A stretch of DNA of 32,000 nucleotides, from the NCBI GenBank assembly GCA_963843975.1, contig CAWJMG010000003.1:600001-632000 (forward strand), written 5' to 3'. Positions 15,974 to 24,196 of the stretch are shown here, in pieces. How positions within the stretch are numbered: position 1 is the stretch's first letter; every line of letters begins with the position of its first letter. The notes under the pieces were generated by a model. The model saw only the letters and a program-made list of their open reading frames with translations, did no database searches and was not told the DNA's origin. The DNA comes from an uncultured Actinomycetes bacterium. Lineage in GTDB: Bacteria > Actinomycetota > Actinomycetes > S36-B12 > CAIYMF01. The translations under genes were made by a program, and so were the position numbers.

Positions 15974-17719
15974 GTGGCCGCCTCCCCGGCGACGTCGGGA
16001 GCACGAGCGTGGCGAGGCGACGCGACCATCTGGGGCGTCGCAGTCGTCGCGGCTGTCGTCGTCCTCGGTCCTGCCCTCGGCCCGGGCTATGTGCTGCATG
16101 CCGACCAGGTGTTCGTCCCGACCCAGGACCTGCTGCCGTGGATGCTCGGCGTCGGGTCGGGCCTGCCGCGCGCGGTTCCGCAGGACGGCGTCGTCGCGCT
16201 GCTGTCCGGGCCGGTGCCGGGGTGGCTGCTCGAGAAGGCGGCGTTGTTGGCCGCTCTCGTCCTCGTCGCGGTCGGCGCGGCGCGCCTCGTCCGACCTCGC
16301 GGCACGGGGGCTGCGGTGGTGGCGGGCCTCGTCGCCCTGTGGTCCGCCTACGTGGCCGAACGGCTTCTCCTGGGGCACTGGTCGTTGCTGCTCGCTGTGG
16401 CGGCGCTGCCGTGGGCGCTCGCGGCGGCGCGCGACGTGAGGTCGGGGCGGACGGGGTCGCTCGCGCGGTGGCTGCTGTGGGTCGCGCTCGCATCGCTCAC
16501 GCCGTCCGGCGGGATCCTCGTCCTCGTCGTCAGCCTTCCGGCGATCCTGTGGCCGGGCGGCGGTGCTACGACGCGCGTCCGGCTCGGCGCGGGGGTGCTC
16601 GGGATCGTGCTCCAGCTGCCGTGGATCGTCCCGACCCTTCTGCACCCGGCCCCGGTCACCGGCGCGGTCGGCGCCGACGTGTTCGCCGCGCGGTCCGAGG
16701 GTCCGTGGGGCCTGCTGCTCACAGTGCTCACCTCCGGCGGCGCCTGGAACTCGGGGGCGGTACCGGATTCGCGGACGGGCTGGTGGGGCATCGCGCTCGG
16801 GGTGCTCGTGCTGGTGGTCGCTGCGGCGGGTGCCCGGGATGTTCCACGGGTGCTCGGCCGGTCGATCGCGCTGCCGCTCGTCGTCGTCGCCGTCGCGGGG
16901 GTGCTGTGGTGCCTTGTCGGCGGCTGGTCGGCGACGAGGCCCGTGGCGGAGTGGGTGGTGGGCAGCATGCCGGGCGGCGGCCTGCTGCGTGACGCGCAGA
17001 AGTGGCTGGCGCCCTGGGCGCTGCTGGTCGCGGTGAGCGCCGGTCTGGGGGCTGGCCGGATCGCCCGGCAGATGGCAGCCCGGTCAGGGGACCGGGCTGC
17101 CGGGGTCGCGCTGCTCGTCGGTATGGCCCTGCTGCCGGTGCTCGCGCTGCCCGACCTCGTCGCCGGCGTGGGCGGCCGCCTCGCGGCCACGCAGTACCCC
17201 GACGACCTCGCGCGGGTCCGCGCCGCGCTCGACGATGCGCCCGAGGGCGACGTCGTCAGCCTGCCGTGGCAGACCTTCCGGGCCTTCCCCTGGAACGACG
17301 GAGGCCGCGTGTCGCTCGATCCGCTGCCGCGCGCCCTGCCCCGCACGGTGCTGTCCTCGGGAAGCCTGCCGGTGCAGAGGGGGGACCTGATCCTCACCCT
17401 GCCGGGGGACGACCCGCGCGCCACGGAGGTCGACGCCGCTCTCGAGGCCGGCGAGCCCCTGGGCCCGGTCCTCGCCCGGCTCGGCGTGGCCTACGCGGTG
17501 GTCGCCTCCGACCTGCCGGAGGCGGCCGCTGCACTGCCGACCGGTTCCACCGCCGTCGTGGCCGGCGCGTCCTTCAGCCTGTACCGGCTCTCGGCCGAGC
17601 CTGAGGCGGCCCCGGCCCGACCGGTGCTCGCGCCTGCGGCGGCGCTGGCGGCGTACCTGCTCGTGGTGCTGGGAGCGGCCGCCGCCCTGCTGGGCGTACG
17701 GCGTCGCGCCAGCAGGTGA
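15974..17719 (+). CDS. Polytopic membrane protein, putative GT-C-fold glycosyl(arabinosyl)transferase. The family was not recognised.
   Basis: GTG 15974 follows GGAGG (15965-15969). The 581-aa product has a first hydrophobic helix followed by an acidic loop (GYVLHADQVFVPTQDLLPW) and about 12 further hydrophobic segments. A roughly 150-aa soluble C-terminal region ends in one last transmembrane helix. Track ORF 15305..17719 upstream of 15974 overlaps the flippase gene and is artefact. Confidence 0.6.
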   Translation: MAASPATSGARAWRGDATIWGVAVVAAVVVLGPALGPGYVLHADQVFVPTQDLLPWMLGVGSGLPRAVPQDGVVALLSGPVPGWLLEKAALLAALVLVAVGAARLVRPRGTGAAVVAGLVALWSAYVAERLLLGHWSLLLAVAALPWALAAARDVRSGRTGSLARWLLWVALASLTPSGGILVLVVSLPAILWPGGGATTRVRLGAGVLGIVLQLPWIVPTLLHPAPVTGAVGADVFAARSEGPWGLLLTVLTSGGAWNSGAVPDSRTGWWGIALGVLVLVVAAAGARDVPRVLGRSIALPLVVVAVAGVLWCLVGGWSATRPVAEWVVGSMPGGGLLRDAQKWLAPWALLVAVSAGLGAGRIARQMAARSGDRAAGVALLVGMALLPVLALPDLVAGVGGRLAATQYPDDLARVRAALDDAPEGDVVSLPWQTFRAFPWNDGGRVSLDPLPRALPRTVLSSGSLPVQRGDLILTLPGDDPRATEVDAALEAGEPLGPVLARLGVAYAVVASDLPEAAAALPTGSTAVVAGASFSLYRLSAEPEAAPARPVLAPAAALAAYLLVVLGAAAALLGVRRRASR

Positions 17720-17748
17720 CTCCTCGCGACACAGGTGGGTCACGGCTC

Positions 17749-17776
17749 TTCCCTCTGGGCTACTGACTGGTAGTGT
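17749..17776 (+). promoter_or_regulatory. Candidate promoter for the small ORF
   Basis: TAGTGT (17771-17776) fits TAnnnT and lies in an AT-rich patch. A weak -35, TTCCCT (17749-17754), sits 16 nt upstream. This would give a leader of about 25 nt containing the GAGGAGGG Shine-Dalgarno. Confidence 0.3.
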
Positions 17777-17807
17777 TCGCGGCACTTGTCCTGAGGAGGG
17801 CCTTCTC

Positions 17808-17957
17808 GTGGGTGCTGGAATCATCGCTGCGATCATCGCGGCAGTCATCGGCGCGGTCGTCGGTGTCGGCGGCGCAGTCGGGCTTGTGGCCAGCCAGGGT
17901 GGCGGCAGCTTCCCCGAGCAGGTGCCGGGCGCGATCGTGGTCTACGGCACCAACTAG
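17808..17957 (+). CDS. Small membrane protein (49 aa), DUF2613-like. It is absent from the supplied ORF track.
   Basis: GAGGAGGG (17793-17800) lies 7 nt before GTG 17808. The product is VGAGIIAAIIAAVIGAVVGVGGAVGLVASQGGGSFPEQVPGAIVVYGTN, ending at TAG 17955-17957. It has one transmembrane helix and a short tail ending Y-G-T-N, resembling mycobacterial DUF2613 proteins as I recall them (...VEYGNR). Confidence 0.6.
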   Translation: MGAGIIAAIIAAVIGAVVGVGGAVGLVASQGGGSFPEQVPGAIVVYGTN

Positions 17958-17974
17958 GCGCCGACGCAGAGCTC

Positions 17975-18011
17975 GACGAGGCGGTCACCCCGATGGGGTG
18001 GCCGCCTCGTC
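17975..18011. terminator. Hairpin between the convergent small ORF and GT4 gene
   Basis: GACGAGGCGGTCACCCC (17975-17991), loop gat, GGGGTGGCCGCCTCGTC (17995-18011), with one G-U position. It overlaps the last codons of the minus-strand GT4 gene. Confidence 0.4.
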
Positions 18012-19238
18012 TGCGTCTGCGGCAGGGAGAGGGTGGTGCACGTGCGCCGGCGGAGCGGGCTCCACCGGGGCAGTGCGTCCGGTGGCTTCCGCGAGAACGG
18101 CGGCGAAGCGCCGGGCGGTCTCGTCCCAGCCGAAGGACTCGGCTCGTAGCGCGGCGGCGGCCCCGAGGCGGTGCCGCATGTCGTGCTCGGTGAGCAGCAG
18201 CGTCACCGCGTCGACGAACCCGTCCAGGTCGTCGACGAGGACACCGGTGCGGCCGTCCACGATCGACTCACGGACCCCGCCGGCGCTGCGGTAGGCGATC
18301 GTCGGGACGCCGTAGCCGGCAGCCTCCATGACGACGAGGCCCCAGCCCTCCTTGAGCGAGGGCAGCAGCATGAGCCACGACTCCGACACGTGCTGGTGCT
18401 TGGTGTCCTCGTCCACGAAGCCCACGAAGTCGACCATGTCCACCACCCCCAGCCGGGCGGCCTCCGTGCGCAGCTCGGGGGACCACCAGCCGTCGCCGAC
18501 GATGCGCAGCCGGAGGTCGGGGAACTGCGGGCGCAGGCGGGCGACCACCTGCAGAGCGTGCTCGACCTGCTTGTGCGGCACGAGCCGTCCCAGGACGATG
18601 AGAGTCGGCACCGCTGCCGGTGCCGGGGGGAGCCGTGGAGGCTCGATCCCGTTGCGCACCACCGTGATCGCGTCGGGTGCGACGCCGAGCACGGCCAGCT
18701 CGTCGCGGGTCACCTCCGACACGGCGACGTAGCGCGAGCGGCGGTACGCCCGCGGACCTACCCGCGATTCGAGGAACCACCCGATGCGCGAGCGCACAGG
18801 GCCGTAGACCACCGGCCACTGCTCGCGGTGGACGTGGTGCACGAGGTTGACGACCGGGACCCGAGTGGCCCAGGTAGAAGCCCAGGGGACACCGTTCTGG
18901 ACGTCGACGACGACATCGAAGCTGCCGAGGCGCCGCGCCAGCTGCAGAACGAACGCGGTCGGGTAGACGCCGAGCTTGCTGCCGCGACGCACATACCTCA
19001 CGCCGTCGCGGACCTCCTCCGCCGTGGATCCGGGGTAGCGCGCGCAGAGGACGGTGACGGCGTCGCCACCCGCGGCGAGCGCCTTGGCCACGCTCTCGAC
19101 GTAGACCTCCGAGCCCCCGCCCTCCGGATGCCGCGTGTCCCGCCAGTTGCACACGAGCACGCGCAGCGGCGTCGGCGACGTCGCTCCGGGGCCGGGGCGG
19201 TGGGGCACGGGGGCTCGCTCTGCTGGGGTGAAGATCAC
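17985..19238 (-). CDS. GT4-family (GT-B fold) glycosyltransferase
   Basis: 417-aa ORF with RVLVCNWRDTRHPEGGGSEVY at the N-terminus. The C-terminal motif is LLPSLKEGWGLVVMEAAGYGVPTIAYRSAGGVRESIVDGRTGVLV (E-x7-E type). The GTG 19238 start is uncertain and a downstream start is possible. Confidence 0.85.
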   Translation of the reverse strand: MIFTPAERAPVPHRPGPGATSPTPLRVLVCNWRDTRHPEGGGSEVYVESVAKALAAGGDAVTVLCARYPGSTAEEVRDGVRYVRRGSKLGVYPTAFVLQLARRLGSFDVVVDVQNGVPWASTWATRVPVVNLVHHVHREQWPVVYGPVRSRIGWFLESRVGPRAYRRSRYVAVSEVTRDELAVLGVAPDAITVVRNGIEPPRLPPAPAAVPTLIVLGRLVPHKQVEHALQVVARLRPQFPDLRLRIVGDGWWSPELRTEAARLGVVDMVDFVGFVDEDTKHQHVSESWLMLLPSLKEGWGLVVMEAAGYGVPTIAYRSAGGVRESIVDGRTGVLVDDLDGFVDAVTLLLTEHDMRHRLGAAAALRAESFGWDETARRFAAVLAEATGRTAPVEPAPPAHVHHPLPAADADEAATPSG

Positions 19239-19250
19239 GGGTGCGGCACG

Positions 19251-19272
19251 AAGGTTACTCGCGAGTCACCTT
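19251..19272. promoter_or_regulatory. 22-bp near-perfect palindrome (operator candidate) in the GT4 / methyltransferase-aftD divergent region
   Basis: AAGGTTACTCG|CGAGTCACCTT has 10 of 11 positions symmetric. It is AT-rich relative to its surroundings. It lies 12 nt from the GT4 start and 41 nt from the methyltransferase start. Confidence 0.45.
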
Positions 19273-19313
19273 GATGCCGACTCCCTCGACGCAGTCGGGT
19301 AGCGTCCCGCGGC

Positions 19314-20060
19314 GTGGAGGCGAAGGAGTTCCGGGCGACCCTGGGTCGCTCGGTGCGCCTGCTGCGGGACTTCCGGCACGAGCAGGACGACCCGGACCGC
19401 TTCTACGGCGCCCTGGCACGGGACTCCGCCGCCCAGGTCGGCTCGCTGCACCCCCTGCGCGGGGCGACGCTGCTCGACGTCGGCGGCGGTCCCGGCTACT
19501 TCGAGGACGCCTTCACCGCCGAGGGTGCGCGGTACGTCGCGCTCGACGCGGACGCCGGCGAGCTGGCCCTGCACGGGCGCACGCCAGGCCCGCGGACCGT
19601 CCTGGGGGACGGGCTGGCCCTGCCCTTCGCCCGAGGCTCGTTCGACGTCACCTACTCCAGCAACGTCGCCGAGCACGTCCCTGAGCCGTGGCGGATGGCC
19701 GAGGAGATGGTGCGGGTGACGAGGCCCGGCGGTCTCGTCTTCCTGTCGTACACCCTCTGGTACGGCCCTTGGGGCGGGCACGAGACCTCGCCCTGGCACT
19801 GGCTCGGGGGAGACCGTGCCGCCGACCGGTACCGACGCCGGACCGGCCACGACCCCAAGAACGTCTACGGCACCTCGTTGTTCCGCGTCACCGCCGCCGC
19901 CGCGGACCGCTGGGCTCGCAGCGCCGTCGCGTCGGGCGCCCTGCGCGACGTCCGGCTCGTCCCGCGCTACCTGCCCTCGTGGGCCGGCGCCGCAGCGAGG
20001 ATCCCCGCGGTGCGCGAGGTCGTGTGCTGGAACCTCGTCGTCGTCGGGCGCAGGACGTGA
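19314..20060 (+). CDS. Class I SAM-dependent methyltransferase (Rv0224c-like)
   Basis: 248-aa ORF from GTG 19314 with SAM motif I LLDVGGGPGYF and post-I ALDAD. It also carries the N-terminal FRHEQDDPDRFYGALARDSA segment that I associate with the mycobacterial Rv0224c family. Its stop overlaps the aftD-like start (GTGA 20057-20060). Confidence 0.85.
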   Translation: MEAKEFRATLGRSVRLLRDFRHEQDDPDRFYGALARDSAAQVGSLHPLRGATLLDVGGGPGYFEDAFTAEGARYVALDADAGELALHGRTPGPRTVLGDGLALPFARGSFDVTYSSNVAEHVPEPWRMAEEMVRVTRPGGLVFLSYTLWYGPWGGHETSPWHWLGGDRAADRYRRRTGHDPKNVYGTSLFRVTAAAADRWARSAVASGALRDVRLVPRYLPSWAGAAARIPAVREVVCWNLVVVGRRT

Positions 20061-23000
20061 CGCGCGCCGTCTGGCGGTTCCGTCTGCTCGCGACGTGCCT
20101 GGCGCTCACGGCGTTCGCCTTCCTCCAGGACCCAGGCAGGGTGGCCGCCGACACCAAGCTCGACCTCACGGCCGACCCGTGGGGGTTCCTCGGGCGGGCG
20201 CTACACCTCTGGGACGACCAGGGCTTCTTCGGCCAGCTGCAGAACCAGGCGTACGGGTACCTCTTCCCCATGGGCCCGTTCTTCGGCGTGCTCACCAGCG
20301 CGGGACTTCCCGCCTGGGTCGTGCAGAGGATCTGGTGGTCCGTGCTGCTGGGCGCGGCATTCCTGGGCGCCGTCCGACTCGCGCGGCTCCTCGGTGTCGA
20401 CAGCCCTGGCGCGCGCTGGGTGGCAGGTCTGGCCTTCGCGCTCGCGCCGAGGGTGGTGTCGACCCTCGGCCCCATCTCCTCCGAGACGCTGGTCGTCGCG
20501 ATCACGCCGTGGGTGCTGATCCCGCTCGTGCTGGCCACGCAGGGCGCGCCTCGATGGACGCCGAGGCGCGCCGCCGCCGTCTCCGCCGTCGCCGTCCTGG
20601 CAGCCGGGGGGGTCAACGCCGTGGCGACCGGCGCGGCTCTCGTGCTGCCCTTCCTGTGGCTCATGACGCGGGCGGGGGGACCGGCGCGACGCCGACTGGT
20701 GCTGTGGTGGGCGGGGTGCGTCGGGCTCGCCACGCTGTGGTGGGTCGTGCCGCTCCTGACGCTCGGCCGCTACTCCCCGCCCTTCCTGGACTGGATCGAG
20801 TCCGCGTCGGTCACGACCGGCCGTACCGATGTGGCCACGGCTCTCCGCGGCAGCGACGACTGGGTGGCGTACGTCGCCGGAAGCGGCGGGCCGTCGTGGC
20901 CGGCCGGTTGGAGCCTCGTCACTGAGCCTCTGCTGATCCTGCTCACGGGGCTGGTGGCCGCCGCGGGACTCACGGGCCTGGCGCTGGTACGACGCGAGCG
21001 CCGCTTCCTGCTGCTGGCCCTGCTCGTCGGGCTCGTGCTCACCACGCTCGGGCACACGGGTGCCGTCCAAGGGTTGGGCGCGCCGCAGCTGCAGCAGCTG
21101 CTCGACGGTGCCTTGGCGCCGCTGCGCAACACGCACAAGTTCGACGTGGTGATGCGACTGCCTCTGGCGCTCGGTGTCGGCTTCGTCGTGGCTGCCCTGG
21201 GGACCCGGCTGTCCCGGCTACGTCGGCCACGGCTCACCCAGGCAGTGGCGCGGCGGACGGCCGTCGTGGTGACCGGTGTGCTGGTGGTCGGCGCGGCCTG
21301 GCCGCTGGTGACGGGCTCGATCACGCGCAACCGCTCGTACGAGTCGATCCCTGGCTACTGGCAGGACGTCGCCGACTGGCTGGCGGCGGACGGCGAAGCC
21401 GACGGCACCGCACTGGTCGTTCCAGGGGCGCCGTTCGGGGTGTACCTCTGGGGCAGGAGCCAGGACGAGCCGCTGCAGCCGCTCTCCTCGACCCCGTGGG
21501 CCGTACGCGACGCCGTCCCGCTGTCGTCGGCGGGGAACATCAGGCTCCTCGACCGCGTCGAGGCGAGGCTCGCCTCGGGGCGCGGCTCTGCCGGCCTCAC
21601 GGAGGCCCTCGCCCGGGCCGGCGTCCGCTACCTCGTGGTCCGCAACGACCTGGACACCGTGTCCGCGCAGGCGCCCCGGGCGATCCTCGTCCACGAGGCG
21701 ATGGACGCGTCACCCGGCATCACGTTCGAGCGCGGCTTCGGACCGCCCATCGTGCCCTTCGGCACCGGGACGACGGTGGTCGACGCCCGACTGGACGCGG
21801 CGTACAGCGCCGTCGAGGTCTACCGCGTGACCTCGCCGACCGAACCCGGCGACGGTCGCGCGGTCGTGCGCGACGCGAGCGACACGGTGTGGTCGCCGAC
21901 CACCACCAGCGACGCGGTCGTCGACCTCGCAGACGCGGGCCTGCTCTCCGGCCGGGCCGCCGTCCTCGGTGAGTCGGCCCCCGACGGGGTGACCACCACG
22001 CCCGTCCTGACCGACTCCTACCGTCGGACGGAGGTCGACTTCGGCCTGGTGCACGACAACCGCACCGCGGTCCTGCGGGCCGACGAGGAGTACGTGCGCG
22101 CGCGCAAGGCGCACGACTACGGAGCGGGGAGCCTGTCGGTGCCCGTCACGTCGACGCTCGAGGGTGTCGAGGAGGTGCGCGCGTCGTCCAGCCAGTCGGG
22201 TGTCGGCGCGCTCGACGGCATCGTGCCGGGGCGGTCGCCGCGGGCTGCCCTCGACGGCGACCTCACCACGGCGTGGCAGGTCCGTGATCTCGCCTCAGCC
22301 TCGCCCTCGTGGTGGGAGACGACCTTCACCGCGCCCCGTGATCTCGGGAGTCTGCAGATCGCGGTCCTGCGCGATCCGGTGACCGGTGCCGGCCCCACGG
22401 ACGTGACCGTGGTGACCGACACGGGCAGTGCGCAGACGGCTGTGGCCGACGGCGAGGACCTGCAGACCGTGGCCGTGCCTCCCGGTGCGACCCGCTCTCT
22501 GCGCGTCGAGCTGACGGCGGCATCACCGGCAGCCGGCGCACGTGTCGTCGGCCTCCGTGAGGTGCTGGTGCCCGGAGTGCTCACGGGAGCTCCGCTCCAG
22601 CTTCCACGCGCTGCGGGGTCGGGCGGCGTGGTGCTGACAGCCCGCGACGGCGCCCGCGACGGATGCGCGAGCGTCCCCCTGCGCTTCCCGTGCGGTTCCG
22701 CCCTTCCCCGCGAGGGGGAGGACGAGGTCGGCATCGACCGTCTGGTCGACCTTGCCGACGGCGGCACCTATGACGTCGCGGTGACGGTCCGGCAGCGCTC
22801 GGGCAGCGGGGCCGGTCGGCTGCAGGACCCGTCCCGGCCGGCGATCAGGGCCTCGGCGTCGAGCGTCCTGGTCGCAGACGCGAGGAACAGGCCGCAGGCG
22901 GCTGTCGACCGTGACCCGTCGACGGCCTGGATCGCCGCCGTCGGCGACGTCCGGCCGAAGCTCACGCTGACTCTCCCCGAGCCCCGCCGCATCACCGGCC

Positions 23001-24196
23001 TGGTGCTGCAGACCGAGCCGGACGTGGGTGCCTCCCGCCCGTTCCTGCTGACCGTGCAGGCCGGCGGACGCAGCATCGACACGGCGGTGGACGAGCAGGG
23101 GGCTGTGACGCTGCCCCCGATCACGACGTCGAGCATCACCATCACCTTCCGCGGTGCGACGTCGCTGCGCTCGATCGACCTGCAGCGAGGGATGAGCACG
23201 GTGCTCCCGGTCGGTGTCTCGGAGGTCCTCGTGCGCGGTGCGCTGGACCTCGGCCTCGGCGTGTCGAGGGAGGCGGCGACGGGTGTGGCCTGCGGCTTCG
23301 GTCCTGCGGTGGAGGTGGACGGCGCACCGGCGGTGCAGACGACCCTTCTCACGACGACCGGTTCGCTCCTGAACGGTCGGAGTCTGCGGGCCAACGCGTG
23401 CGGCGGGACGCTGCCGCTGCCGGCGGGCACGCACCGCATTCGCGTGCGGTCGACCCCGGAGCTTTCGGTGGTGTCCCTCGCGCTCACCCCGGTGGGCGCC
23501 GCGCGGACAGCCTCCGATGCCGAGCCGGCCGAGATCGTGCGATGGACGGCGACCGATCGCACGCTGCTCGTGACGCCGTTCCCCGAGGTCCGCACGCTCG
23601 AGCTGGCCGAGAACGCCAACAGGGGTTGGGTCGCCACCCTTGGGGGCGAGCCCCTGGCCGGCGTGGTGGTCGACGGGTGGCGCCAGGCGTTCGTGCTCCC
23701 GGCGGGGGCCGGAGGCGAGGTGGCCGTGGTGTTCGGGCCCGACCGCTTCTACCGGCTAGGGCTTGCCGGGGGCGCCGTGGCGGTCCTTGCGCTCCTCGTC
23801 CTGGTTGCCTGGCCCCGTCTCCGGCGCGAGGGCGTGACAGCCGTGCCAGCCTCTCGCCGGCCCATCTCCATCCTGCGGCTGCCCCCGGGCCTCATCGCGG
23901 CGACGACGGTCGCGATCGTCGTCGCCGGTGTCGCCGGAGTCGTCGTGGGCGCGCTGGCGCTGATCGCCGCTCGAAGCCGTCACCGGGTCCGCGCCGTGGC
24001 CCTGAGTGCGGTCACCGCATCGGTTCTGGCCGCAGCGGCCCCCTGGCCAGGCTCGCTGGACAGTCCCGTTCTGGTCCTGGCCGCGTCGCTGGTCGCCCTC
24101 TTCGCCGTGCTCGTGCTCGTGTGCCCCGCGGGCTGGGTCAGGCCCGGACGAGGTGCCGAAGCCGCGACGCCGGGCGCTCGACGATCCGCCAGCTGA
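20057..24196 (+). CDS. aftD: AftD-like alpha-(1->3)-arabinofuranosyltransferase (DUF3367 GT-C domain plus carbohydrate-binding modules), 1379 aa
   Basis: GTG 20057 gives VTRAVWRFRLLATCLALTAFAFLQDPGRVAADTKLDLTADPWGFLGRALHLWDDQGFFGQLQNQAYGYLFPMGPFF. This matches the recalled M. tuberculosis AftD N-terminus (DTKLDLTANP...QNQAYGYLFP). A large soluble region has discoidin-like signatures (DGDLTTAWQ, DRDPSTAWIA), and C-terminal transmembrane helices follow. Confidence 0.85.
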   Translation: MTRAVWRFRLLATCLALTAFAFLQDPGRVAADTKLDLTADPWGFLGRALHLWDDQGFFGQLQNQAYGYLFPMGPFFGVLTSAGLPAWVVQRIWWSVLLGAAFLGAVRLARLLGVDSPGARWVAGLAFALAPRVVSTLGPISSETLVVAITPWVLIPLVLATQGAPRWTPRRAAAVSAVAVLAAGGVNAVATGAALVLPFLWLMTRAGGPARRRLVLWWAGCVGLATLWWVVPLLTLGRYSPPFLDWIESASVTTGRTDVATALRGSDDWVAYVAGSGGPSWPAGWSLVTEPLLILLTGLVAAAGLTGLALVRRERRFLLLALLVGLVLTTLGHTGAVQGLGAPQLQQLLDGALAPLRNTHKFDVVMRLPLALGVGFVVAALGTRLSRLRRPRLTQAVARRTAVVVTGVLVVGAAWPLVTGSITRNRSYESIPGYWQDVADWLAADGEADGTALVVPGAPFGVYLWGRSQDEPLQPLSSTPWAVRDAVPLSSAGNIRLLDRVEARLASGRGSAGLTEALARAGVRYLVVRNDLDTVSAQAPRAILVHEAMDASPGITFERGFGPPIVPFGTGTTVVDARLDAAYSAVEVYRVTSPTEPGDGRAVVRDASDTVWSPTTTSDAVVDLADAGLLSGRAAVLGESAPDGVTTTPVLTDSYRRTEVDFGLVHDNRTAVLRADEEYVRARKAHDYGAGSLSVPVTSTLEGVEEVRASSSQSGVGALDGIVPGRSPRAALDGDLTTAWQVRDLASASPSWWETTFTAPRDLGSLQIAVLRDPVTGAGPTDVTVVTDTGSAQTAVADGEDLQTVAVPPGATRSLRVELTAASPAAGARVVGLREVLVPGVLTGAPLQLPRAAGSGGVVLTARDGARDGCASVPLRFPCGSALPREGEDEVGIDRLVDLADGGTYDVAVTVRQRSGSGAGRLQDPSRPAIRASASSVLVADARNRPQAAVDRDPSTAWIAAVGDVRPKLTLTLPEPRRITGLVLQTEPDVGASRPFLLTVQAGGRSIDTAVDEQGAVTLPPITTSSITITFRGATSLRSIDLQRGMSTVLPVGVSEVLVRGALDLGLGVSREAATGVACGFGPAVEVDGAPAVQTTLLTTTGSLLNGRSLRANACGGTLPLPAGTHRIRVRSTPELSVVSLALTPVGAARTASDAEPAEIVRWTATDRTLLVTPFPEVRTLELAENANRGWVATLGGEPLAGVVVDGWRQAFVLPAGAGGEVAVVFGPDRFYRLGLAGGAVAVLALLVLVAWPRLRREGVTAVPASRRPISILRLPPGLIAATTVAIVVAGVAGVVVGALALIAARSRHRVRAVALSAVTASVLAAAAPWPGSLDSPVLVLAASLVALFAVLVLVCPAGWVRPGRGAEAATPGARRSAS

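Noticed and set aside
14703-16645. Upstream extensions of track ORFs 13830..16493 and 14699..16645
   Set aside because: Sensible protein sequence starts at ATG 14702 and GTG 15901 respectively. Both starts have coupling or a Shine-Dalgarno. The extensions are Arg/Pro-rich and overlap the opposite-strand GT-C-like gene.
19688-20056. Upstream extension of the aftD-like ORF (track ORF starts at 19688)
   Set aside because: It overlaps the methyltransferase gene in another frame, and its translation is Arg/Pro-rich. The AftD-like N-terminus starts at GTG 20057, coupled to the methyltransferase stop.
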